Assembly: GCA_963753345.1 (NCBI GenBank)
Contig: CAVWBU010000032.1
Span: 96,001 to 160,000, forward strand
Source: an uncultured Fibrobacterota bacterium
GTDB taxonomy: Bacteria > Fibrobacterota > Chitinivibrionia > Chitinivibrionales > FEN-1185
Direction: 5' to 3'
DNA length: 64,000 nucleotides
Both the position numbers and the translations under genes were made by a program. The notes under the pieces are model-generated. The model had not been told where the DNA came from. It saw only the letters and a program-made list of their open reading frames with translations, and did not search any database. Below are positions 18,274 through 28,269 of the stretch, piece by piece; the first letter of the stretch is position 1; every line of letters begins with the position of its first letter.

Positions 18274-19881
18274 ATGGAAATAACTCCCCGAAAAAACGAT
18301 CCTCGTGGGCACGTGTGCCTCGTGCTCCACGCCCACCTTCCGTACGTGCGCCATCAGGAATGCGAGTACTTCCTCGAGGAAAACTGGCTGTTTGAGGCCA
18401 TCACCGAAACGTACATCCCGCTGCTTGCCGTTCTGGAGAACTGCGCGGCCGACCGCGTGCCCTTCAGGATAACCATGTCGATGACGCCCCCGCTGGCGGC
18501 CATGCTGAGGGACGCGCTGCTGCAGGAGCGGTACGTGCGCCATATCGACCGTCTTATCGAGCTTGCGAAAAAGGAATGCGTCCGCACGAAGAGCGACCCT
18601 TCGTTCAACCGGACCGCGCGCATGTACCTCGACAAGTTCACCATGTGCAGGACCGTGTTCGTGGACGTTAACAAGTGCGACATCGTGAGGAATTTCCGGA
18701 AGCTCCAGGACCAAGGCGTCCTCGAAATAATCACCTGCGGCGCGACGCACGGGTTCCTGCCCACCATGCAGTTCAACCCCAATGCGGTGAAGGCGCAGGT
18801 GGAAGTGGCGGTGCAGTCCTACTTCGAGACGTTCGGCAGGAACCCGGTGGGCATGTGGCTTCCCGAGTGCGGCTACTACAACGGCCTCGAAAAGATTCTC
18901 GAGGCCGCCGGCATCCTGTATTTCTTTACCGACGCGCACGGCATCCTGTTTGCCGAGCCGAGGCCCAAATACGGGGTGTTCGCGCCCGTGTACTGCGCGG
19001 GGACCCATGTCGCCGCGTTCGGCCGCGACATCGAGTCGTCGAAATCGGTGTGGAGCTCGAAGGAAGGGTATCCCGGCGACCCCGACTACCGTGAGTTTTA
19101 CCGCGACATAGGGTTTGACCTCGACATCGACTATGTCCGGCCGTACATCGATCCCATCGGCATCCGCATCAACACGGGCATCAAGTACTACCGGATCACG
19201 GGAAAAACCGACCGCAAGGAACCCTACAACCACGAGGCAGCCCTTGCAAAAGCTGCTCTCCATGCGGGAAACTTCGTGTTCAACCGGGAAAAACAGATCG
19301 AATATCTCGCCTCCATCATGGACCGGAAGCCCCTCATCGTCGCGCCGTACGACGCGGAGCTGTTCGGCCACTGGTGGTACGAAGGGCCCGACTGGCTCAA
19401 CTTTCTTATCCGCAAAATCGCGTTCGAGCAGAACACGCTATCGCTGTGCACCGCGTCGGACTACCTTGCCGCCAACCCGCGCAACCAGAGCTGCAGCCCG
19501 TCGTTCTCGAGCTGGGGCTTTAAGGGGTATTCGGAGGTGTGGCTCGAGGGAACCAACGACTGGCTGTACCGCCATCTTCACAAAATGGAAGAACGCATGG
19601 TGGACTCCGCGCGCCGGTTTCCCGACGCCGCGGGCGTGTCGCGCCGCGTCCTCAACCAGATGGCCCGTGAACTTCTGCTTGCGCAGTCGAGCGACTGGGC
19701 CTTTATCATGAAGACCGGCACCATGGTGCAGTACGCGGTGCGGCGGTCAAAGGAGCACATCGCGAACTTCAACCGGCTGTTCGACGAGCTCAGCGGCGGA
19801 AGCATCGACGAGAATTTTCTGTCGCTTCTCGAATCGCACAATAATATTTTTCCAAATATCAATTACCGGGTGTATGCTTAG
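18274..19881 (+). CDS. GH57 1,4-alpha-glucan branching enzyme (DUF1957 domain)
   Basis: LHAHLPYV, ETYIPLL, WLPECGY, PYDAELFGHWWYEG and LAQSSDW motifs. Confidence 0.95.
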   Translation: MEITPRKNDPRGHVCLVLHAHLPYVRHQECEYFLEENWLFEAITETYIPLLAVLENCAADRVPFRITMSMTPPLAAMLRDALLQERYVRHIDRLIELAKKECVRTKSDPSFNRTARMYLDKFTMCRTVFVDVNKCDIVRNFRKLQDQGVLEIITCGATHGFLPTMQFNPNAVKAQVEVAVQSYFETFGRNPVGMWLPECGYYNGLEKILEAAGILYFFTDAHGILFAEPRPKYGVFAPVYCAGTHVAAFGRDIESSKSVWSSKEGYPGDPDYREFYRDIGFDLDIDYVRPYIDPIGIRINTGIKYYRITGKTDRKEPYNHEAALAKAALHAGNFVFNREKQIEYLASIMDRKPLIVAPYDAELFGHWWYEGPDWLNFLIRKIAFEQNTLSLCTASDYLAANPRNQSCSPSFSSWGFKGYSEVWLEGTNDWLYRHLHKMEERMVDSARRFPDAAGVSRRVLNQMARELLLAQSSDWAFIMKTGTMVQYAVRRSKEHIANFNRLFDELSGGSIDENFLSLLESHNNIFPNINYRVYA

Positions 19882-19936
19882 GAGTGATCGAGGATATTCG
19901 CCACAACAGACTGCGTCTTAACAGAAGGAGAGGACC

Positions 19937-20710
19937 ATGAAACGGTTTGCAATACTCGCGGCTGTGGTTCTTGCGGCATGCGGTGCGGCAGTGGGACAGC
20001 AGAAGGAGACGTTCGACATTTACGGTGTCCTGGGATACGGCTTCGGGATTGGAGGCAGAGACCTCGGGGCGTCGCAGACATTTTCAGGAGGAACCCTTAC
20101 TGAGAAGACTGATAACTATATCAACTACGGAGCTGGACTGAAAATCGAGGGGGGCGCGAGCTACAAACTCATGCAGCATTTGTATGGCCAGGCTGCGCTC
20201 TGCTATTCCAATGGACTGTTCGGCATCAAGAAGGACGTGAACCAAGTCGGGGTCGATGAGGTGACCGATCAGTATTCCTTCTCTACGTTCGGCATAAAGG
20301 TCCTTGCTAAGCCCACATTCCAGGTATTTGATCTTTTCAACGCCTACACCAGTTTCGGTATCGGGTTGTATTTCGCGTTTTCGTCCATCGACCACAAGGA
20401 AACGGCCGGCGGCATGTCTGCAAGAGCTGACGACAGCAACTGGCCAAGCCTGGCGTTTACCGGCGCGCTCGGATTGGAATATCCTCTCAACCGAAGCGTG
20501 GTACTTTTCGGCGAAGTGTATTGCGAAGAGATGGGTTTCATGCTGCATGAAAGGACGGTGTCAAATTCCAATTACCCCGCCGGCGATCCGTGGGCCAACG
20601 GAACAACTACCTTTGAGGCGAATTCAAAAGACCCGAATATTAAAACACCAGAAAACATTCCGGGCTCCAATGCGGCCATCCGCGTGGGTGTCAGGATTCC
20701 GCTATTATAG
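19937..20710 (+). CDS. Outer-membrane beta-barrel protein
   Basis: Signal peptide; alternating strands ending AIRVGVRIPLL; strong RBS. Confidence 0.78.
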   Translation: MKRFAILAAVVLAACGAAVGQQKETFDIYGVLGYGFGIGGRDLGASQTFSGGTLTEKTDNYINYGAGLKIEGGASYKLMQHLYGQAALCYSNGLFGIKKDVNQVGVDEVTDQYSFSTFGIKVLAKPTFQVFDLFNAYTSFGIGLYFAFSSIDHKETAGGMSARADDSNWPSLAFTGALGLEYPLNRSVVLFGEVYCEEMGFMLHERTVSNSNYPAGDPWANGTTTFEANSKDPNIKTPENIPGSNAAIRVGVRIPLL

Positions 20711-20749
20711 ATTCTGTTCATTCAATAAATAATTCTTTACAAAAGATTT

Positions 20750-20788
20750 AGGCGCTCCGACGTTTTCACAGCGGGGCGCTTCTATTTT
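20750..20788 (+). terminator. Probable intrinsic terminator
   Basis: GGCGCTCCG…CGGGGCGCT stem followed by TCTATTTT. Confidence 0.5.
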
Positions 20789-20806
20789 CACCTCGGCCTT
20801 CGCACT

Positions 20807-21172
20807 TTGGGGGTCGGGAGGTTCTCACTATCGTTTCGCAAGGGTAAGGCAGTGGTGCTTTGCACCATTTATTATGTCACTTGCCCTTTCACTCCCGAGC
20901 CCAGACCCACTTTGTTGTCACTTGCGTTCCCCAGGGCAAGGTAGTTGGTGCTTCGCACCAGATATTATGTCTCTTGCCCTGTCAGCAGCGAAAGAAAGTA
21001 GGCAAAGAACGCCGCGCCTGCAGCGCCGCAACAACCCCTCGGCCTCCGGGCCGCTCGTGAACTCACCCGGCAGGACAAGGGCTTTACTTTGCATTAAGAT
21101 GCCGGGCTCGAACAGCACGAGCGGCCAACCCTCCGGCCTCGGGGGCGGCGCTGATGGCGGAAGGAAAAGCGG
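20807..21172. repeat. Structured non-coding element D with a duplicated ~48-nt hairpin
   Basis: Two copies of AGGGYAAGG…TGGTGCTTYGCACCA…TATTATGTC-CTTGCCCT; further stems GGCCGCTCGTG/CACGAGCGGCC and CAGCGCCGC/GCGGCGCTG. Confidence 0.7.
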
Positions 21173-21231
21173 ACAAGTCATTCGAATCTTCGCAAGCCGC
21201 TATTGACAATTGCGTAATGTTCCCCTGTTTT

Positions 21232-21362
21232 TCAACTACCGCTCTTGGGTGCCCCCACACAGCACCATGGTTCTGCAACCGCCTCCACTCGGGGTGCACC
21301 CAGGAGGGGGTAGCGGAGGACGCCGAAGGCGGCTGAAGCGAGGGGGAAACTTCCCCCACAAA
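21232..21362 (+). repeat. Structured intergenic repeat, module B copy 1
   Basis: TGGGTGCC…CACCCAGGAGGGGGTAGCG…AGCGAGGGGGAAACTTCCCCCAC; homologous to the reverse complement of 23874-24037. Confidence 0.85.
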
Positions 21363-21363
21363 A

Positions 21364-21726
21364 TTATTTCTTTCTTCTCTCACTCATCTCCACTGCCACA
21401 CTCTTCGCATATCGCAGCGCCTGTGGTTTGTCAACCCTCACCGTCGCGCCTGTCACGCGCTGGTCTTCCATCACAATCTCCAGCACTCTTGCGGCAAGTT
21501 TCTCAAGAAGCCGATATCGTGAACCTTCAATCTCTGCCATGATTTTTCTCTTGAGTGCCTTGTAATTTACCGTATCGGAAATCGAATCCGTTTGAGCTGC
21601 CTTGGATGCGTCGAACTCAAACGAGAGGTTGATGATCACATCTTGTTTTACGTCGCGTTCCCATTCGTTGTCGCCGATCACGGTGCGGAGAAGCAGGTCG
21701 ACGATCGACAGCTTTGCAAAAGGCAT
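21364..21726 (-). CDS. folB: Dihydroneopterin aldolase (FolB/FolX family)
   Basis: IG…ER…Q, DTVNY, LLEKLA and VDKPQAL motifs. Confidence 0.92.
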   Translation of the reverse strand: MPFAKLSIVDLLLRTVIGDNEWERDVKQDVIINLSFEFDASKAAQTDSISDTVNYKALKRKIMAEIEGSRYRLLEKLAARVLEIVMEDQRVTGATVRVDKPQALRYAKSVAVEMSERRKK

Positions 21727-21824
21727 TGAAATCCTCCCCTGAAAATGACTGCCTCCCGTAAAGTGGACGGGCAGGGAATTATTTTACAGTGGTCAAGGGT
21801 ATCCGAAAAAAAACAGGTTCCATC

Positions 21825-23855
21825 ATGAAAGATACTACAAAGCCGCGTCGGCCGGAACTTCTCGCGCCCGCCGGCACCGTGGAGTGCTTCCGTGCGGCCA
21901 TTGACGCGGGCGCAAACGCCGTGTACCTCGGGCTCACCGATTTCAACGCGCGGCTCCGCGCCCGCAACTTCACCATGAAGACCCTCTCATACGCGGTGCC
22001 GTTCGCGCACGCAAGGGGCGTGCGGGTGTATGTGACATTCAACACGCTTGTCAAGCAGGCGGAGCTCGGGCGCGCCGTTGATTTCCTGTACCAGATCGAG
22101 CAGATCGGCGTGGACGCGGTCATCGTTCAGGACATGGGAATCGCGCGGATTGCGGCCGCGGAGTTTCCGCGCTTGCGCCTGCACGCGAGCACGCAGACGG
22201 CCGTGCACAACAGCGCGGGCGCGGACGCCTGCAGGCGGCTCGGATTCCGTCGCGTGGTGCTTGCGCGCGAGCTCACGCTCGCGGAAATCGGCACAATATG
22301 CGCTGCCTCCAAGATCGAAGTAGAGGTGTTCGTGCACGGCGCACTGTGTTATTCGATTTCGGGCGAGTGCCTTGCGTCAAGTTTTTTCGGCGGATCGAGC
22401 GGCAACCGCGGCAGGTGCACGCAGGTGTGCAGGCGCGCGTTCGACAGGCTGCCGACTGCGAAGGGCGCAGCGCAGGATATTTTTTCTCGCCCAGCGACCT
22501 TTCCGCAGTCGACTCGGCTGCCGCAATTGGCGCGGCAGGCGTGGCGAGCCTCAAGATCGAGGGCCGCATGAAGGCGACCCAGTACGTTCGACGCCGCGAC
22601 AGGCGCTTTCCGGATGGTGCTTGACGATCCGGGAAAAACGGAAGAGGCCAAGCTGCGGCTGTCGCGCGATATGGGGAGAAGGAAAACAAGGCTTTTTCTT
22701 GACGGCATTGTTCATGACGGGATCATCGACCACGTGAACCCGTCGGGCACGGGAATTCCCCTCGGCACGCTTGTTAAAGTTGACGGACGGGAGATCGTCG
22801 TGGCGGCCGCGGAGCGGCCCGGAGCAGGCGATCTGATACGGGTGCACCCGAAGGATGGGACCGAAGGAGTGACGGCGGCCGTGGAGAGCGTTACCGTCAA
22901 AGGAGACGAGGTACACATCATCCTTGATAAAGTCATTGAGTGCGGTCCCGGTGATTCGGCATATCTCGTCGGCTCCGAGAAATCGGCGGGGAAAGGCGAT
23001 ACGAAGTTCGACGTAAAGCCCGCGGGGTTCCGCGAAAACCTCCGGGACAGCTTTGCCATGGCGCGCCGTCACAGCGCGCCGCCTCCGGTCCAGGCAAACC
23101 GCGACCGCCGGCTGTTTGTCAGAATAGACTCGTTTGACTGGCTTCCGCTGCTTGACGCGCCGGACATTGGAGGAGTAATTTGCGCTTTCGACAAAGATGG
23201 CGTGCGGCGTCTGGCGGGTGATGAAGAGGCGAAGAAAAAGCTCGGTCGCGCCGCCTATGTCGAGCCGCCGCCGTTCATAGGGGAAGGTGAGCTTGCGGAA
23301 TGGCGGGGGATTGTGCGCGAGATGTGTGCCGGGGATACATTCGGCCTGATGGCCGCGAACCTGGGGCATGTTCCGCTTGCCGCCGGCATCGTGCGCGTGC
23401 GGGCCGACTTCCAGCTGTGGTGCCTCAACCGGGCGGCGCAGGCCGCGTACCGCGGCCTCGGCATGAAACACTTCACCTATTCCCTCGAAGACGACTCGAT
23501 GAACATCCGCGAATGCGCTTCACAGAACGGAATGATGTATCTGTTTACGCACGTGCCGCTGTTCGTTTCCAGGATAAAGCCGGCGGTCGAGCCGGGTGCG
23601 CGCTTGGTTGACCGGTTGGGGCGAAAGACGTTTGTCGCGGAAAAACATGGGCTGCACTACCTTGTGGCGGAGGAGACGGTGTGCCTTTTTCACAAGCGCC
23701 GAAGGCTTGAGGAACTCGGCATCCTCACGTTCTGCGTTGATCTGAGTTTCATGGAGCCGGACGGGAAGGTTCTGGGTGAGATTCTGGATTGCTATACAAA
23801 CGAGAAGAAGTTTCCGGGGTCGTGCCTTTTTAATTTCAAGGGCGGTCTAAAATAG
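21825..23855 (+). CDS. U32 peptidase-family protein (RlhA/TrhP-like), interrupted by two compensating frameshifts
   Basis: PELLAPAG, HASTQ, VHGALC and NRGRCTQVCR in frame 1; YFFSPSDL and SLKIEGRMK in a shifted frame (~22450-22588); the original frame resumes at DAATGAFRMVLDD. Confidence 0.85.
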
Positions 23856-23873
23856 CTCTTACAGAGATGATAC

Positions 23874-24037
23874 TGTTGGTGGGGGAAGTATCCCCCTCGC
23901 TGCGGCCCGGCGCTACCTAACAACTCAACTCTCGTCAATCGCGCCGGTCCTTCGCTACCCCCTCCTGGGTGGCCGCCTTGACAAAGCGGTAGCAAAACCA
24001 TGTATTGCTGTGGCGGCACCCACGGAGAATAGTTGAA
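23874..24037 (-). repeat. Structured intergenic repeat, module B copy 2
   Basis: Reverse complement aligns end to end with 21232-21362, with a longer internal hairpin. Confidence 0.85.
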
Positions 24038-24090
24038 ACGTTGAATAGTTGAAAAGCCAATACCAGAAAACTGGACAAAGAAAAACAAGT

Positions 24091-24118
24091 GTCATTGCGA
24101 GCGCAGCGAAGCAATCTC
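24091..24118. repeat. REP-like short palindrome GTCATTGCGAGCGCAGCGAAGCAATCTC
   Basis: ATTGC…GCAAT stem; partial second copy GTCATTGCGAG near 36097. Confidence 0.6.
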
Positions 24119-24207
24119 CCAATGATTTTTACCTAAAAGAACCTTGTCTGATTTGCTGCGAATGCCGATTGGCGTGAGAATGTAACTTGACGGAATAGAG
24201 TTCTTCT

Positions 24208-24348
24208 GCCGCGCGTTAGGTGGACCGGAGGGTGAGCTAGAGCGAATTGCCGGCCGACCCCGGCCGAAGGCCATCGGGGCGGTCCGGCAACGAGGCGAAC
24301 AGCCGAGCCCGCAGGGAGACCGACCCCGCGAAGCGGGGGAACGCCCAA
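24208..24348 (+). repeat. Structured intergenic repeat, module A copy 2
   Basis: GCCGCGCGTTAGGTGGACC…GGGGGAACGCCCAA. Confidence 0.9.
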
Positions 24349-24372
24349 ATCTTCTTAAGAAATTAATTTGAA

Positions 24373-25143
24373 TTATAAGTGTTGGCCCTCAGGCGGCACA
24401 TCGGGCAGGGGACTCATGTTAAAGTAGAGCTTTACAAACAGGGTAAACGCCTCTTCGAATTTCTTTCCGTACGACACTTCCGGGTTGCGGCCCGGGTTGT
24501 CGAGCTCGAGCTTCTGCCACTCCTTCAGCTGATACACCAGTTCCCTCGATATGATGCGCAATTTGATGATCTGGTTGTTCTGCGTCTGCCACGCATGTAT
24601 CCGCGCGTCGGATTTGGGAGAGGTGAGCGAGATGTCGAAGGCCGAGTCGGGGATGCAGATGCTTTTCGGCAGGGCGTAGGGAGAGTTGCGCGCCGCGCAA
24701 TACAAGAAGTAAAAACCTTTCAGGAACCGCGGGAAGAACGCGTCGAGGTACAAAAGCTTGTCCCACCGCTCGTGCTGCAGGTCGCGCTCGAAGGTCTCGA
24801 GCGTCGGAATAAACGTTTTGACCACGCGGTTGAGAATGTCCGCCTCAAAACTTGAAATCATGAATGCCTTGTCGGGCGGCTCATCGTGCATGATTTTCTG
24901 GCGCCCGTCCTTGGTCACCTTCACTTCGAAGTCGGTGACCGGCGCGATAAGGACGTAGTACGATTCGTCTTCGTCGGAACCGCCGAAACTCACCTTCACT
25001 TTTTCAAATTGATGGGTCTCGTCGTTGAAGGAGACGTTGAGCCGCGCAAGAGGAATTCCGTAGGACGTGCGTTTGCCCGGTGTTTCCGCGCCCGCGAGGG
25101 AGAGCAGCGCAATGATCGCGATGAGTAGGATCTGAGGAACCAC
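24373..25143 (-). CDS. Exported hypothetical protein
   Basis: Signal peptide; host-like codon usage; follows the fusA operon. Confidence 0.72.
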   Translation of the reverse strand: MVPQILLIAIIALLSLAGAETPGKRTSYGIPLARLNVSFNDETHQFEKVKVSFGGSDEDESYYVLIAPVTDFEVKVTKDGRQKIMHDEPPDKAFMISSFEADILNRVVKTFIPTLETFERDLQHERWDKLLYLDAFFPRFLKGFYFLYCAARNSPYALPKSICIPDSAFDISLTSPKSDARIHAWQTQNNQIIKLRIISRELVYQLKEWQKLELDNPGRNPEVSYGKKFEEAFTLFVKLYFNMSPLPDVPPEGQHL

Positions 25144-25166
25144 GATCCCCCATTCCGTGTTTCAGC

Positions 25167-25886
25167 TCAAACAGCCCGATCCGCCTGGTTCTCCTCCGCA
25201 ATCAGCAGTATGCGCGGATCAAGCTTCAGGTTCAAGTCGGACGCCATCACGGCATCATGGTCTTTCACGAGGTTCAAGTGAATGAAATCACCCCGCGGCT
25301 GAAGACAGATGAGGATGGCGATGTCGTCCATAAACGGCGACAGCATCGGGGGCACACGGTCCTTGCCGGTCGCGTCTTCCTTGAGCGTGGCGCTGAACCA
25401 GAGCTCGAAACCGTTGTCGCGCGCGAAACGCCTGAATTCCGAAAATTCCCCGGCGGTCGCCTTGTTGAAATTGTATCCGTCCACGACGATAGTTTCAACG
25501 GAAAAATTCCCTTTCTCGATAAGCGTGCGGATGTTCTTTTCGATCTTTTCGACCGAAACGTTGGCCTGCTCGAAATTCATCACGAGCCTGTTTCTTATTA
25601 TATCATCATGAACGTCCATGGCGCAATCAAGTTTATACCTCCGCGCGATTTCCTGGAAAATATCCTCGTACCACCGCACGATGTGCCCGATGTTGCCCGA
25701 GTACGAAAGGTGGATGATGTGCTTGCCCTGAAAGAGCTGATCGGTTGCGATGTGCACGAGACACGCGGTCTTGCCGATGCCTTTCCGCGCGGCGATCACG
25801 CCGATGTTCCCTGTGCCCACGCCGCCGCGCGTTGACTTTTCGAGAATCCTGAGCGGGCTTCTCCGGATCAGTTCCTGCCGTACCAT
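25167..25886 (-). CDS. RecA/DnaB/KaiC-like P-loop NTPase-fold protein
   Basis: Walker A-like ARKGIGKT and Walker B-like IVVDG; ATG at 25886 with GGAGG RBS. Confidence 0.8.
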   Translation of the reverse strand: MVRQELIRRSPLRILEKSTRGGVGTGNIGVIAARKGIGKTACLVHIATDQLFQGKHIIHLSYSGNIGHIVRWYEDIFQEIARRYKLDCAMDVHDDIIRNRLVMNFEQANVSVEKIEKNIRTLIEKGNFSVETIVVDGYNFNKATAGEFSEFRRFARDNGFELWFSATLKEDATGKDRVPPMLSPFMDDIAILICLQPRGDFIHLNLVKDHDAVMASDLNLKLDPRILLIAEENQADRAV

Positions 25887-25926
25887 GCTCCGTTCCTCCG
25901 TGTGGTTTGTTGCCGGGCGAGTGCGG

Positions 25927-28012
25927 TCAGGCCCGCTTCTTCGCCTGTTCCTGGTACTGTTTGACAAGCTCCTCGCACGTGCCCGCCGGCACCTTGCCGT
26001 AGCGGGCGAATTCCATGGTGAAATTCGCCTTGCCCTGCGTGATGGAGCGCAGCACGGTCGAGTAGCCGAACATCTCCGCGAGCGGGACCTCGGCGTCCAC
26101 GCGCGAGAAGGTGTTGTCTTCCGAAGTGCTGATGATGATGCCGCGCCGCTGGTTGATGGACGCGAGTGCGTTGCCCTGGAACTCGGCCGGCCCTTCTATC
26201 GAAACTTTCATGATGGGTTCGAGGATCTCCGGTTTTGCCCTGTCGTAGGCCTGGCGGAACGCGCCGATGGCCGCGAGCTGAAACGCCATGTCCGATGAGT
26301 CAACCGGATGCGACTGGCCGTCGTTGATGGTGACCTTGACGCCTACAATGGGGAAGCCGATTACGGTGCCTTTCGCGAGGCATGCCTTGAATCCCTTGTC
26401 GCACGACGGGATGAATTCCCGCGGTATGTCGCCGCCTTTGATCTCGTCGACGAACTCGTAGTCCTTGTCGTGCATGGGTTCCATGATGCCGGCCACACGA
26501 CCATACTGGCCCGAACCGCCGGTCTGTTTCTTGTGCGTGTAGTCAAATTCCACGCGCGCCGTTATGGTCTCCCGGTAGGCCACCTGGGGCATGCCGGTAT
26601 CGAGTTCGACGTTGTATTCGCGCCGCATTCTCTCTATGTAAATTTCGAGGTGCAGCTCGCCCATGCCCCGGATGATGGTCTCCTTTGATTCGGGGTCCAC
26701 GAAGGCGTGGAACGTGGGGTCTTCCTTGGAGAACCGGTTGAGCGCCTTCGACATATTGTCGTCCGATTTCTTGTCTTTGGGCTTGATGGCGAGGGAGATG
26801 ACCGGGTCGGGAACGTACATTGACGTTAGCGAATAGTGCAGGTCTGTCTGCGAGAAGGTGTCGCCGGAGGCGCAGTCGATGCCGAACAGGGCCACGATAT
26901 CGCCGCAGGGAGCGTACTGGATGTCCTCCATGGCGCTGGCGTGCATGCGCACGAGCCTGCCCACCTTGAATGTCCTGCCGGTGCGGTTGTTCCTCAGTTC
27001 GTCGCCCTTCTTGAGCGAACCCTGGTAGATGCGGATGTAGGTGAGTTGGCCGTAGTGGCCGTCTTCGAGTTTGAATGCAAGGGCCACGGCGGGCATGTCG
27101 TCCTTCGCCGCAAGGGGCACCTCGGCTTCGTTGTTGTCAAGGTCGAGCGCGCTGTACTGCCGGTCGAGCGGCGAGGGAAGATAGTCGACGACCGCGTCGA
27201 GGAGCGGCTGCACGGCCTTGTTTTTGTAGGCCGAGCCGACAAACACCGGCGTCAGGTCGAGCGAGAGCACGCCCTTGCGCACCGCCGTGCGGATTTGCTC
27301 CTCGGTTGCCTTTCCGTCAAGATACGCCTCGGCGAGTTCGTCGCAGTACATCGAGACCGCGTCGATGAGCTCCACGCGCCGGGCCTCGGCCTCGTCGGCG
27401 AGCGTCGGCCGGGATCGCGTCTTCGCGAAGGTCTTCGCCGTGCCCGCCCTCGAAATACAGCGCCTTCATGGTAACGAGGTCCACCACGCCCGTGAATTTG
27501 TCCTCCAGGCCGATGGGGATCTGCATGAGCACCGCGTTATGGCCGAGCTTGTCGCAGAGCTGCTCCTTCACGCGGTAGGGGTTGGCGCCCGCACGGTCGC
27601 ATTTGTTGATAAACGCGATCCTCGGCACCTTGTAGCGCTTGAGCTGGCGGTCCACGGTGATCGATTGCGACTGCACGCCCCCCACGGAGCACAGCACCAG
27701 CACCGCGCCGTCGAGAACGCGGAGGGCGCGCTCCACTTCGATGGTGAAGTCGACGTGCCCGGGCGTGTCGATAAGGTTGATCGGGTGCTCGCGCCACTCC
27801 ACGTTGGTGGCGGCCGAGGCGATGGTGATCCCCCGCTCGCGCTCCAGTTCCATGGAGTCCATAGTGGCGCCGACGCCGTCCTTGCCCTTCACCTCGTGGA
27901 TGGCGTGGATCTTGTTGCAATAGTACAGGATCCGCTCGGAAAGCGTTGTCTTGCCCGAGTCGATGTGGGCGCTGATGCCGATGTTCCTCATTGTCGAAAC
28001 GTCAATTGCCAT
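25927..28012 (-). CDS. fusA: Elongation factor G (one-base frameshift near 27407)
   Basis: [23 protein letters not shown] and NKCD in the first ORF; GMGELHL, YRETIT, HPVDSS and EMFGY in the second. Confidence 0.93.
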
Positions 28013-28269
28013 GATACGAAGGTCTCCTCGGGAATCTGAAAATCACGCGACTAAAATACTTCCATGACGATGCTATCACAGGCTTTTTGTCCCGGATGCG
28101 GGACCGGATATTCTGTGCGGTGGCGCTTTCGGGGAGGCCAAAACAACAGAGCGGCCGTGATATTTCCGGCGGAAAAAAACCGTACCAAAATACTTTGCGG
28201 AGCCTCGGGCGCGGCAAAGAAATATCTTGGTTGATGTCGAACGGAGAAAAAGGTAAATTCCTATTCCCC

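Noticed and set aside
20841-20980. dif-like site (TTATGT) in the duplicated hairpin, given xerC in the window
   Set aside because: Only TTATGT matches. The XerC arm ending ATAA and the TAAA part of the XerD arm are absent.
24133-24348. Similar short ORFs over the repeats (also 4440-4637, 40782-41195, 41926-42165, 61898-62375) as a small-protein family
   Set aside because: The peptide similarity comes from the nucleotide repeat. Starts, stops and frames are not conserved, and substitutions preserve base pairing rather than codons.
27395-27420. Programmed ribosomal frameshift in fusA
   Set aside because: No slippery heptamer or homopolymer run; a sequencing indel is more parsimonious.
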